A program made the translations under genes and the position numbers. A stretch of 63,985 bases of DNA, counting the filler, from Globobulimina sp. (taxonomy: Eukaryota), in the NCBI GenBank assembly GCA_003354225.1. It is 20 parts of 20 records of this genome, joined end to end, with 100 filler letters (N's around TTAATTAATTAA, not from the genome) between each part and the next. Parts side by side here need not be neighbours in the genome. Positions count along the whole stretch, not along the records: positions 44,874 to 47,976 come from PIVH01003723.1; positions 48,077 to 51,179 come from PIVH01003724.1; positions 51,280 to 54,381 come from PIVH01003725.1; positions 54,482 to 57,583 come from PIVH01003726.1; positions 57,684 to 60,785 come from PIVH01003727.1; 15 more parts are not named here. The stretch is one strand, 5' to 3'. A model generated the notes under the pieces. That model saw nothing but the letters and a program-made list of their open reading frames with translations, was not told the origin of the DNA and made no database searches. Positions within the stretch are counted from its first letter, which is position 1. Each line of letters begins with the position of its first letter. Positions 45,126-57,685 of the stretch are shown in pieces.

Positions 45126-45860
45126 ATGATTTCCAACAGGAACCGGTATTTGGAAATTGGACCTGGCAGAGGTTATGTTGCTGCTTCATTGTCATCATAT
45201 TTTAGAAATGCAACCATCATTGAACCGAATCCTTTACTTAAGGAAAGTACAGAAAATCGCATTAAATCATCAATAAGCACTGCGAATATCAATTATATTG
45301 AAAATTTATTTGTTGATGATTTTATTCCAAACAAGCATTTATCCAAAGATGAATATAATGATAAATTTGATTTGATTATTATGCAACATGTTTTATGGAA
45401 TGTTGCATTAACTGAATGGCAAAATGTATTTGATAATTTGTATGATGCATTGAATAAAGATAATAATTCGGCAATCATTGTAAGTTTGGTACCAGAGACA
45501 GGAACGATAGCAGATATTTGTAGATACTACGTACCTTTACGGACAATTGATTATGTTCAAAATTATTATGTGCAACATTATGGATCTGTTGCTCATATTG
45601 AGATGTGGGAGGATGTGGACAATAATGTTGTCGTTCCGGAATCCATTGCGATTGCCTTATTCTCAGAGATGCTGAAAGTTAGTTTTGCCATTTATGATAC
45701 AGAATTGTATCAAAATAAAGAACATGAAATTGCTGAAATAATCAAACAATTTTTGAAAAGGAACGGCTGTTATTCCAAAGAAATTAACAAAGATGTTGGT
45801 GAATATATGATTACTTTTGGTATGAACACTGCTCATGTTGTTATACAAAATAAAGTATAA
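45126..45860 (+). CDS. Class I SAM-dependent methyltransferase
   Basis: Motif I YLEIGPGRG, IIEPN and FDLIIMQHVLW. The true start is uncertain. Confidence 0.85.
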   Translation: MISNRNRYLEIGPGRGYVAASLSSYFRNATIIEPNPLLKESTENRIKSSISTANINYIENLFVDDFIPNKHLSKDEYNDKFDLIIMQHVLWNVALTEWQNVFDNLYDALNKDNNSAIIVSLVPETGTIADICRYYVPLRTIDYVQNYYVQHYGSVAHIEMWEDVDNNVVVPESIAIALFSEMLKVSFAIYDTELYQNKEHEIAEIIKQFLKRNGCYSKEINKDVGEYMITFGMNTAHVVIQNKV

Positions 45861-45941
45861 TTATATATCTATTGACTTTCGACATCGATCTCAAGATTTG
45901 ATGGATTGTCAAAAATTTGTCATGTATAATATATTTTGAAA

Positions 45942-47530
45942 TCAAATATCTTTTTTCGGTGCTGACTTATCGTTGTAATCTAATGCAGTCAGTAATGTGC
46001 ATGAATCAAATGATGGATCATTAATATTACCATCTTTTTCGTTATCACTCTCATTCTCACTGTCACTCTCACCATCACCATCATGTTGATGCACCATCAA
46101 TCCATATTTTCCCTTTACATTAAATTTCCCACCTCTTCTTACACCAAATTTCCCCATGTTTTTACGTCTCTGTTTGGTTTGTTTTACTTTATTATTTCTG
46201 TACGTTTTCTTTTTGTTCAATGTTTTACTGACATCATTCTCAATGTCCGTTGATTCGCTTATTACCGATGATAATGATAAACTGAATTCAGAATCGACAT
46301 CTTTTTTTACCTCATTCCCACAGTCACCATCATCAATACCCAATGCCGCCAATTCAACTGATGTTTTATGATATTTCTGGTCATGCGCAATAACCACAAC
46401 ATTCCGATGTGCACTGTTTGACCGTATTTTAAAGTTCGAAATTACTGATTTACGTTTTGGCAGCTCGTCCATATCCATATCTTCTTTAATGTCATCACCA
46501 GATATTTGTGGCTGATTTTCGCTGTCTGAGTTTGAAAGGGCTTTAATTACCGATGGCAAAGATGGACCATGTCTCCTTCCAGCGGTGTGCAACGATGGTG
46601 ATGTTTGATAAAATGTATTTATATCTGTTGTAAAATGAACATGATGTTTGACTTTTTTTTTGTGTGATATTTTCATATATTGTTTGATTCTTTGCCATTT
46701 GGAATGGGATGAATTTGGATAATATTCATTTAATATTTGCCGAATATCATCCACAGAAATGCAATAAAATTCTGACCATGTATCACATACAATGTTCGCC
46801 TTCCTTTTTTTCAATACGATGGACGAATATGCACCACATACACTGCCACGTGATAAATGTTGCAATATTTTATTATTTTTATCAAACATTAACGACTTTC
46901 CAGTTCTTTGAATATAAAATTCTTTGGCAACATCGCCAATATTATACAATTTAAATGATTGATTGCAAGACATCGCTTTGCATTTCACCGCAATTAAGCC
47001 AATAATAAATGGCGGTAAGTTTATGTATTCATTTTGGAATATTCCTAAATTTAGTAAGAATTGTTTGGCCACACAACTATGAATGCTTTTGTTTTAAAAT
47101 TTATACATTTATCTGATATATATAATATATGTGAAATATATACCAAACTCATGTTGTAAATAGGATGGTAACATGGATAGCAGCTCATTTTCGTCAAATA
47201 CATAATTATATCGACAATAATATCTTATATGAGTGCAGATCGCATGAGTTAATTCTATCGGTAATCTTTTCTTGTCGCAAAATAATTGCGCTTCGTCAAT
47301 CTTATCAATCGCATACGATGTCATTTTATCGCCTTCTGCGATCAATACGGTTAATGTTCCAACAAAATAAGCAAAAAAACAGGTTCCGACAATAATGCAT
47401 ATACTACTCACCCACTGTTCACTTGTATTGGTTGCGACAATGTCCTTAATTTTCAATATTAAACAGTTCAGAGATATAAAACCAGTGGTAAACAGATACT
47501 TAACTCCATAACCAGTGGTAAACAGAGTAA
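45942..47530 (-). CDS. Cyclic-nucleotide-gated/EAG-like K+ channel, 3' part (pore, S6, C-linker, CNBD); interrupted upstream
   Basis: Introns 47445-47504 and 47086-47148 give TLFTTGYG|DI, S6 GTCFFAYFVGTL, C-linker LPSYLQHD and CNBD-like RGSVCG..RKANIV. Confidence 0.85.
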
Positions 47531-47976
47531 GGGGATGTAAAATTGATCAGGTTTATAGTGCATAGTAACAGTATGCCTACGTGGAAAAAAAAAGAAAAAA
47601 ACAACTTTTGCTCAATTTTCATCTAAAAAATTTCCAAAAAAACGACTTTTGTCAAATTTTGTTCTAAAAAAAATCAATTAAAAAAAACAACTTCCCAATT
47701 TTTTGCAAGTATTAAATATTAAATATCAACACAAAGTTAATTTTAAGATGATGATAATTCACTGTCTGTATCAGTTTCATCAATTTTATTTTGATTATGA
47801 TTTGATATATTATTTGGTGACCCGAGTTTGATATACTCCTTGATATTACGATTCTTCAAAAAAAATAAAAAAACGAACTTTTACTAAATTTTACGCAAAA
47901 AAAAAACAAAAAAAACAACTTCCTATGAATTTTTCATCAAAAAAAAAATAAAAAAACACCTTTTTCAAAACCATGC
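47531..47976. mobile_element. Probable non-coding transposon/MITE end inserted at TTA/TAA
   Basis: Channel coding sequence stops at TAA|GGGGATGT with no splice acceptor. The sequence beyond is A-rich with repeated aaaaaaac(a/g)actt units. Confidence 0.45.
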
Positions 47977-48076
47977 NNNNNNNNNNNNNNNNNNNNNNNN
48001 NNNNNNNNNNNNNNNNNNNNTTAATTAATTAANNNNNNNNNNNNNNNNNNNNNNNNNNNNNNNNNNNNNNNNNNNN

Positions 48077-48672
48077 TGGATTATCGAAATTTCGAGAAAT
48101 TGATCCAATATAAATTTAACAAAATAATATCCATCGGCATGGTGGAACATGTCCATATTAAGAATATTGATCAATTATTTAATGTGTCGACATTAATATT
48201 AGATCCAGAGAGAGATAATTTGATTGGTTTACATTATTTCACGCAAGGCGATATTACACCAAATAAGATATTTGTCGCCAAGGAGAAAGCGTGCGAGACA
48301 CAGACGTGGATCTTCAAATATATATTTCCCGGTTGCTGCTTATTATTACCTGATTGGGTGACGACTGCTGCGCATAAGTTTGGATTTACTTTGATACATC
48401 AAGAACATTACGGATTTCATTATGCGAAAACATTAAAGATGTGGAGAAATAAATGGTATGAACCTGAAACAAAAGCAATGGTGAATGAGAAGTATGGCGA
48501 TATTGGTTTATTTAAATTGTATGAATATTATTTTGCAATTTCTGAAGCTATGTTTAGGACTGGCCACGTTACATTAATCCATCAAATATTTATCAAAGCG
48601 AATGAAAAGAAAAATACAAGATATGCTGATTTTGATTATATTTTGAATAATTTTAAAATTCCTCATCAATGA
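48077..48672 (+). CDS. cfa: Cyclopropane-fatty-acyl-phospholipid synthase family, C-terminal part
   Basis: DYR..FNKIISIGMVEHV, WIFKYIFPG, HYAKTLKMW and YEYYFAISEAMF. Confidence 0.9.
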
Positions 48673-48850
48673 TATTAATTAAATATATTTCACATGACCT
48701 AGCTGTAAACATAACTCTTTTGCATCAACATATTTCAACGTCGAGCATGACGAATATGTACATGTTGATATACTTTAGTTGTTTACAATTAAACATTGAG
48801 ACCAAAATGCATGAAAACTGCTGCAGTAAAATTACATTCTGCTGACTTTA

Positions 48851-49988
48851 ATGGGTGTTTGTCATTCATCTCAAAATCGATTGACAAATGAGCATTCCAA
48901 CATGCTGGCAACACCTGTTCCATTAGAGGTCACTTCAGATGATTACAGCGATAATTGCCCGTCTCACAGACCCAATGTCGAAAATAAAATTAGATACGAT
49001 TGGACGAAAATATTATCCGTTCCTGAAACAATCAAAAAAATATCGCAACCAATTCTTATAAATGAGAATGAAATATTAATAATTCCTAAAACAATCAAAA
49101 ACGACTTGGATTTTGACGAAATACATACATATTTATATTCATATAATATCGCAACCAATACATATTCAAAACTGACAAAATATCCGAGTGAATTCCCGAG
49201 AGGTATTCATGCCACAACTGCTGATGTGGATAATGCCATTATTTATATATTTACGAGGAATGGATACATTTTAAATTACAATATAAGACAAAATAAATGG
49301 AAATGGGAAATAATTCATGGAATAGGCAAGTATGACCGTCGCGCATTTGGAGATAACACATGCACCGTTGTGCGCGATCATAACCTGTATATAATTACAA
49401 ATACACAACATTTATCATGGAATAGAAATACAAAGGAATTTAAATTATTGCATAAGTATAATTTTGCCAATTATTCATCGATGTTATATGTGCAACATAA
49501 TGATACCATATTATTAATTGGAGCTAACGAAGCGACAAATACAGATTCGATATATTCGTATTCATTTAAATGTAATCAGTGGATCAAATTGAAAACTAAA
49601 TTGCCGTTTGGAGTGTCGTCGTTTGACTGTATGTTAACCATTGATCAAAAATATATTTTACTGTTTGGTGGCAATCAATTTCCGTTTGGTTCTGAATATG
49701 ATGGGATTTTGATAATAGATACAAAAGATTTTTCAGTCAGAGAATCTCGCAAAAAATGTCCAACCGAGGGGGCTGTCTATGTTTGTGATGTTGTCGAGTA
49801 TCAGAGAAGGGATTTGGGGATTACTGAGAACAGAGTGGGAATTGACGATGTTTAATGATGTCAGCGGTTTATCAAATGATATTGTTGGGCTCTTGAAAAT
49901 GTTTTATTGCGTAGAAATGGTACACTTGTTTGATAGGGAAAAAGGTGATCATTGGAAAATTCAAGTTGACACTATTTTGATGGATTAA
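48851..49988 (+). pseudogene. Kelch-like beta-propeller gene with a frameshift near 49815
   Basis: Kelch-like blades (YSYNIATNTY, ILLIGA, ILLFGG). The natural tail GLLRTEW..NDIVGLLKMFY..VHLF..HWKI lies in another frame, and no suitable intron was found. Confidence 0.6.
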
Positions 49989-50423
49989 AACAACTCTTTG
50001 TCATGCTTTAATTGCCAGATTGTAAATATGAAAAACACCGACAAATATGTACATGTTATTGTGCAGTCTATAGTCTCCATCATAATAATGAAAAAAGTAA
50101 GTCAGCTAATTTATTGTGCTGAGCGATTAACTCCAAAAGTTGAAGTCCGACTAGCACAATGGAAATTAGCTCAATAGTATAGTTGAAACCTCCACTGACA
50201 ATCCCCTCCACAATTTGGTCGACAATCCTCGCGAAACCTGTCAACAATCGAATAGGTTTCTGCACTTTGCTGTCATTCTGTGACTTGTGACTTGCAATTG
50301 CTGTTTGCGTGATTTGGTTGTATGAATATGGTCAGCTACAATATATATATTATTTGACTTGGATTGTCGCTAATTATAAATGAATTATGAATATAATTAT
50401 CTATATTTATCAATACAAACAAC

Positions 50424-51137
50424 ATGCGCTCGAAAAGAACGCAAGTATTGATAGAAATAGTTAGAACTTTATTTCCATTGTACGCCGGCATCAATGCCAT
50501 TCGAGAATTGAAAAAACTGATTGCTAACAAACAAATATTCAATTATAAGCAAGAACAAACTGCAGAAACACGTGCTATCTTACGACAACATTTATGTTTT
50601 GAGACATTGGACGCGCTTCAAGAGATTACCAAATTAAAAAATGACAAAACATTAATTCTTCATCACCTTACTGCAGTTCTAGCAATTTTATATGGATTAA
50701 ACCAAAAGATGGCAGTCTCTGTTTCTATTCTTTCATCGCTGCCCATGGCATTTGTTGGTTGTCTTTGGACTGGTCACAGATTATTAAAAACCACTCGTTG
50801 TATACCAAATAGATACAAAAAGAGATTATCAAAGATTATTATGGGCTTAGCATTGATATTGCTAATATTTCAAAGAATCCCAACCATTTGTTTAATAACA
50901 AGGTATAATTACAATGCGCTAAAAGAGGAACAAACACTTTCAAAGAAACTCCAAATTCTTTCAATTCGAGGTCTATTCTTAGCCATTTATCTGTATTTGG
51001 ATTTTCGTTGGATCAAATCCTGTTTAATTGGTCTAAACTTAGATTCAATTTCAAAGTATAGAAATATTGTGTTCGTGGCGTCTATTTTATTCGGAGTTCG
51101 TTGTTGTAAGGTTTTGGAGAATAAGAGTTTTGAATAA
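50424..51137 (+). CDS. Multi-pass membrane protein, TLC-domain-like
   Basis: LILHH motif, several TM helices, and R..P and LD..W patterns. Confidence 0.5.
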   Translation: MRSKRTQVLIEIVRTLFPLYAGINAIRELKKLIANKQIFNYKQEQTAETRAILRQHLCFETLDALQEITKLKNDKTLILHHLTAVLAILYGLNQKMAVSVSILSSLPMAFVGCLWTGHRLLKTTRCIPNRYKKRLSKIIMGLALILLIFQRIPTICLITRYNYNALKEEQTLSKKLQILSIRGLFLAIYLYLDFRWIKSCLIGLNLDSISKYRNIVFVASILFGVRCCKVLENKSFE

Positions 51138-51279
51138 TTGAGTCTTCCATTTGTTCTGTTTATATAAAATGATACATTTNNNNNNNNNNNNNNNNNNNNN
51201 NNNNNNNNNNNNNNNNNNNNNNNTTAATTAATTAANNNNNNNNNNNNNNNNNNNNNNNNNNNNNNNNNNNNNNNNNNNN

Positions 51280-51780
51280 GTTGAATATGGATTGATTGCA
51301 GGTTTCGTTGATATCATTCTCGCTTATTTACCATTTCAGCGATGTTCAAATCCAAAATGTGATGTTGAAATTTATTTTGGTGAATGTATATATTATGCAT
51401 GGAGTTACTATAAACCTGGTGTTGATATGGTTTGTTTATTGGCACGAATGTGTTCAGAACAATGTATTCAGTCAATCGAAAGTGGGAAAAGATATTATTT
51501 GGGAAAAATGCAAATGCAAACTGACAAAAGTGAGAGGGAAATGTTTGTAAATGTGAATGTCGATGAACAAGGGAGTATTGTAGCAGCTGAACCGTTTAGA
51601 TGGGGACAAAAGACTGTTTTGCATGATTTAAAAAGTCAATTGTATCGATTTGAGTATTTTTGGAAATATAAATTAGGGATAAAATATAAATCATATGAGT
51701 TGGTGGAACAAGAGTTGGTGGACCAAAAAGAAATAATGGTGGTATTCAAATTGAATAATTCAATGCATAAATACTGGTGA
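51280..51780 (+). CDS. Hypothetical protein fragment with a Cys cluster
   Basis: ORF open to the contig start; CSNPKC...CSEQC. Confidence 0.5.
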   Translation, partial: VEYGLIAGFVDIILAYLPFQRCSNPKCDVEIYFGECIYYAWSYYKPGVDMVCLLARMCSEQCIQSIESGKRYYLGKMQMQTDKSEREMFVNVNVDEQGSIVAAEPFRWGQKTVLHDLKSQLYRFEYFWKYKLGIKYKSYELVEQELVDQKEIMVVFKLNNSMHKYW

Positions 51781-51844
51781 TATAATGTTAATCTTTTTTG
51801 CTGTTTTAGCCCAAAAAAAACTTTACAAGTGTACTCACTCACAA

Positions 51845-52771
51845 ATGTCATTATCGGTAATCACAAAAACAGGAGACCTACAACTAATAAATCTGCAGCT
51901 TCAATTGTCATGTAAAGATGCATCGTTTGACAACCTGCCGGTTCCATTTAAACCACGACCGAAATTGTCGCGTACACCACCGAATTCCACCGAGAATGAA
52001 TTGGAAATAAAAAATAACCATTTAACTCCGCATATCTACAGCGATGATGGTAAGAGTGATACATCTGTTGAATATCCACCAGGATCAATACGATCGACCA
52101 AAAGACTGAAAAAATTCCGCTTCAAAAAAAGTCATCGTCAGAGGTTCAGTGGTACCTCCTCTGCGAAAAAAACAAAGGAAATCCGAAACAATACGGAACT
52201 ACAAAACTCAAAAATAAATATTTTATTATCATGCGAGTCAACGAGGTCAATCACCTCAGAAATCTCTCCGATAAATGCAGCTAATTTGAATGCTACCAAA
52301 ACTACTGAAAGCAGTAAAGAATCGCTTCCGCCATCACCACCGTCTGAACAATTGCCTCTTCAAATGGCAACAAGCTCGAATTCTGATAATTTTATTGTAG
52401 CAAATAAAGGTTTGCATATATTGAATATCGGAAAAATGCAATGTACACAATTTTGATATGTAGATTCCAGATGTAACCAGAGCCCTGTTTCATGTTCGTG
52501 TGTCCATCAGCAATGTGCTGCTTTAATACATGAACTTGAGCGCGAAACTAGTAAGTGTTCAGGGAAAACAATAACAACTTCAATTGCTCCAACCGTGTTT
52601 GTCTCAGCTCATACTAATTTTCGTCCAAACAGACACAAGCATTCTAGCACAGATTTAGAAATTGATCCAAATCAAATTAGAATTGCATTAAATGAGTATG
52701 AGATGCGAAAAGGACAGAATCTTGAAGAAATATTTCGACCGCAAAAGACATGTAAATGTGTTGTTTTGTAA
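51845..52771 (+). CDS. Two-exon S/T/P-rich protein ending in a CaaX box (CKCVVL)
   Basis: Intron 52410-52463 (gtttgc...atgtag) joins an open exon, absent from the ORF track, that ends KTCKCVVL-TAA. Confidence 0.75.
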
Positions 52772-52952
52772 ACATATTTGTTTGTTTATTGTACTGTTTT
52801 GTAATCTATATTTAATTTCCAAATAATTAAAGTTATAAAAAAACATTTCATCCGTACACCCTTTATTTACAGCGCATTAGGCAGTTAGTATGTATTCAGT
52901 TAGTAAAACAAAATTGTTCTATCTTACTACGTTTTTTTAAATCTGACGAACA

Positions 52953-54381
52953 ATGTCTCTCAGCAACTACAAATCGGTGTTGTTGGTATATTTTTTATCA
53001 CTAAACAACCCGCAGAATGCGCAGATTATGCCACCATACGACAAAATTTGTGCATTTGGATCAGCAATTGACAAAATAGACGGAACGTATAAAAATCCAG
53101 TATGGAACCCAGAGCTAAATGGCTCTACGTATTATAATGAAAAAACATCGCAATATTTATATCCATACATTGTATCTGATCGATATCGATATTTTATGAT
53201 TGGTCCACATCCAACCTTTACCTCTATTACATCTCTGACTGCTTACTGCGTCATTCAAACAAACGATAATACATTCGATATAGCGGACTGCTTTAAGGAT
53301 TGGAAATATTTATTAAACGACGAAGAAACAAACGATATCAATATGCGGATTGTGAATTGCAATGACATTCGAGTAACAAACAGTAATTCTGCAACATTGA
53401 ATGGTATATATCTTTGGCTCGAATTCGTGGATAATTACTCTGTATATTACTGCCAAGACTGTGACATTGCTGGCAGTCCTGGCACATATATATATGGCTG
53501 GATATTCTCCACTGGCAATTATAACTGGAGATTAGGTGCTGATTACAAAAATAACAGTGCGTCGTGTTCTTGTCCTTTAGGTTTTAATTTAGGAGCTGAT
53601 TATTTGTTTAATCTCCAGGATTGTGAGCAGTGGTACCTTTATAATGGAACCACAAATGAATGGGATGTTGATGGCAGTATGGAGGTGAAAGAAAGAGTGC
53701 CTTGTGATAGCAACCATGAATATTGTATGTATGTCGACATTTATCCCTCGGCGATATTACCGACTTCGAATGTGGTCTCCATACAAAACATTGACGATGA
53801 TACAGTGACTTATTTTCATATTTTTTTCACACCGCATGGTATGGATTGTGTGCATCCAACCATTGCGTTTAAATTTGAAGCGATTGATTATGATTCTCCA
53901 GCCGAATATATCCGAATCATCAATGATAATGGCACATCGATAGCGCACTGCAGAGCTGACGCAGTGTCGTGTGGTGGGTTTACACAATGTTTTGCTGATA
54001 TTGGTATTGGTGTCGATAAAATTGAAATGAATAAAACACATCAAATATCAATCATTGAATCACCGTATGTGGATGCTTTGTGTACGTCGCATGATTATTC
54101 CATAAATGCACAATTAATATTTACATGCTCTGTGCCAATGGCAACAAATAATCCAACCAGAAATCCAACAACGTATCCAACGCTATCGCCAACACGTTTT
54201 TCTCTCACAAATGCAACTTTGGCACAAAAAATAGATCCGAACAAGCCTACAACAACGATTTTAATTGTTATTGTGGTTGTATCGGTTATAATGGTGGCAC
54301 TGTGTATTGTGTGTGTTGTTGTAGTTAAATGGCGTGAAAGTAAAGAAGAAAATATTGATGTAAAGGAATCCGACACAAACA
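52953..54381 (+). CDS. Type I membrane protein with two repeated extracellular modules, a Cys-rich domain and a PT stalk
   Basis: Signal peptide, repeated (D/N)GxY..YY..YLY..YxxxxG..C..F.I.DC..W modules, PTRNPTTYPT and a TM. Confidence 0.7.
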
Positions 54382-54481
54382 NNNNNNNNNNNNNNNNNNN
54401 NNNNNNNNNNNNNNNNNNNNNNNNNTTAATTAATTAANNNNNNNNNNNNNNNNNNNNNNNNNNNNNNNNNNNNNNNNNNNN

Positions 54482-54781
54482 ACGGATAGTATGAAAATGT
54501 GTCAAATGAAGGCCTTAACCACGGAATTATGGGATTTACAAAGTGAATTTCATACGGTCCGTTTTGCAAATTCGTTTGAAATTGGATTATCATTGGTTTT
54601 ACAAACAAAACAAGACTATGTGGAATTGCATGGTTCAAAAAGATATCTTCAAGCTTTATCATCAAAACAAGCACAACTTTGGTTCGTATGTTTGAATGAA
54701 GTTTTATTGAAATGTCATTTAAATACAATAGCAATTGATGATGATGATGATGGTGAATTGAAAGAAGAAGAATTGGAATAA
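54482..54781 (+). CDS. PH-domain C-terminal fragment
   Basis: SFEIG...YLQALSSKQAQLWFVCL matches the PH strand-helix end. Confidence 0.6.
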   Translation, partial: TDSMKMCQMKALTTELWDLQSEFHTVRFANSFEIGLSLVLQTKQDYVELHGSKRYLQALSSKQAQLWFVCLNEVLLKCHLNTIAIDDDDDGELKEEELE

Positions 54782-54910
54782 CTTTTTTTGTATACAAACA
54801 TTGTAAGTGTCTTTACTGTCTTATGAGTTATGACCATTTATTTCATTAACTACTAAACATATCTTTCCATTTTCCAAGCTTACTGTTTTCAATCTTACCC
54901 GTTTTAAATC

Positions 54911-57583
54911 ATGGAGCTACAAATTGGATTTTCTCACGAAGACCGTAGCCGCTATGTTCGAGCATTGTATGCGTTTGAAGCTAATGATAACACGCAATTG
55001 ACAATAACTCCCGGCGATATTTTGGAAGTATTCTACCGTGATGATTCTGGCTGGTACTTATATATTTTAATATTTTTTTTATTTTTTTGCTAATATTTAT
55101 TTTTGTTCAGGTGGGATGGAAAAAACGTATCGTCCAACAATGATGGTTATTTTCCTGGAAACTATACTGAGGCATTAGGTGATAATTTAGATATCATTAA
55201 ACAGCAATTATTATTTGAAGAAGTAGAGGAGAAAGAAGCAGAGCAACGTAGCAAATATGACATAAATCTCAATAATGAGCGACCATCATCAGTCATGTCA
55301 TTAAAATCAACCAAAGATTCAAGTAATAATTCTATCGACATTCGTAATGCAGAACCATTAAGCAAACGATGTAGTAAATGTATTAAAAATGATTGCAATT
55401 TGTGTACCATTCATTGTCGGGCCTTATGTATTTATATTCCATTTTGTTTTTTTTGTCGATCCAAACAGAAACAATTAGATTTTAAATACGATGCATACAT
55501 ATTTCGGTCATTATCGACCATCCAACATACACTATGCATATTTGGCGCAGTCAGTATGAACCACTTCATCTCCTCCTTAGTCAATGATGTCTATAACAAG
55601 GAGGATAACATAAATTGGGTAGACCATGATGACGAATATGGTAAAACTGTATTTATTCGCTTTATAATTACCATCACAATGAGTATACTTTATATTTTAT
55701 TTTTATTCTTAACCTCCAACACTGCCTTAATGTTTTTAAAAGAATCACCAAATAATAAGCAATCCACAAATAAACGAGATAGGAATATTCGACAGAGACG
55801 AAATATCATACTGTGTTTGCGGAATATTAGCTTAAAATGTGGCAAATGTGGAATTGCGTCGTGTCGGCCATACACGTTTATTTATACCCAATTTCTAATG
55901 CTTTTATCTTCGTATATTTTAGCATTTTTATGGCAGGATTTGTGCCTCGACTTTCAATCAATGTATCTGATGGATAATATAGCTGCGGATTGGTATAAAA
56001 ATATTATATTTATCATCGTGTTGTTGTTAGTCTCATTTGGCAGTATATTTTTATTGAAAAGGAAATTAAATTCTGTCTATCATATTTATCGATATTATAG
56101 CAAGCAATGCAGAGATAATATAAATAATACTAATTTGCAAAACATTATTAATCATAAACAAAAACAAAAACAAAAACAAGAAGCAAATATTAAAATACAT
56201 CCATTGCCAAAATCAATAATACCAAAAAAATCAATAAATGAAATAAACGAAATACACGAAACCAAACACGAAAATTATGACATTTCGCGACCATATCAAG
56301 TCTCGTTATATTTGTATTTTTGGTGTTTACTGAGTGAAATTACATTATTTATGTTTGCCTTACCTTTGGGTTCCTGCTTTGCTGCATTTTGTTTTTGGTT
56401 GTTAGTATCCACAAAGTTATGGAATGTGCGAATAACTCGCATTGTGACAATGATATGTTATATTATAACATTTTTAATTATTTATATTTCGGCGTGGCGC
56501 ATAATTCATATTGCAATGCATGCGAAGAAAAAGAAGAAAAAACGGAAACTGAATGCTAGTAACAATAATTCGCAACTTATGCTAAATAATAATAATAGAT
56601 TGTCCATTTCAACCACAGTCACAACGACAACCACCACCACAACCAACGAGTTACTGGAAACGCAGTCTAATTTAACTAATTTAACATTGTCCGGATTGAT
56701 AAACGACGAAGATCTCGATGAAGATGTTATGATTGAAGATTATGAAACGGATATTCCTGATTTTATTATTATGATTTTAATGAAATATTACGGCAAAGAG
56801 ATTGAGAAGACAGAGTTTAAAATTTTATCCACTATTCTTGGTGCTATATTTTTTTGTGATATATTTTTAATTGGCTTTTGGTTCAATTTATGGATGTTAT
56901 TTGATAACGATACAGATCCATTTAATAGGATTGATAATGATGACAACGGAGTGGATTATGACAAATATTTAAATCCAAGCATGCAATATTTATTATATGC
57001 GTCCATATTAACATTGGTATTACCATTTATTTGTTCATATTTATTTTCAAAGACTTTTCGCTATTTTTGTTGCATTAAAAATAATTATAAATTATCCATT
57101 TTCTTGGAAAAGGATAAACTTTGGATGAAGTCGCTATTATCGCGCTGGTTTATTGTCATTCAGTCATTAATTTGTGGTTATTTGTGGTGTGAATATTTTG
57201 AAGTGCTGTGGTTTAAACATATTGAATCAAAATATTATACATTGACCACTGGATTATGGGCCATTGTTATATATATTATAATATTTATTGTTATAATAAT
57301 ATTTAAATTAAATAAGAAATTATTACGACTGTTGTGGACAATGCATGATGAGGATTCCTTATACGATGAGTATTCGACTGCGATATTTAATAAAAAAATA
57401 AATTTAAAAAAGAAAAACCTTAAAAACCAATCAGGAGTCGGCAATTTAGGGCTTAATGCCTCTGTTAAATCAAAGGAATTGGAAAAGAAATTAGGACGAA
57501 GGATGATTTCATATAATACACAAAAAGCAAAAAAAGCTATTATTAATCAAGAAATTGAAATTATTAAAAACAATAAAGACCAT
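54911..57583 (+). CDS. SH3 domain plus multi-pass membrane protein; 3'-truncated
   Basis: ALYAF..QLTI.PGD..DDSGW|WDG..GYFPGNY across intron 55054-55110, followed by roughly 10 or more hydrophobic segments. Confidence 0.85.
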
Positions 57584-57685
57584 NNNNNNNNNNNNNNNNN
57601 NNNNNNNNNNNNNNNNNNNNNNNNNNNTTAATTAATTAANNNNNNNNNNNNNNNNNNNNNNNNNNNNNNNNNNNNNNNNNNNNTA

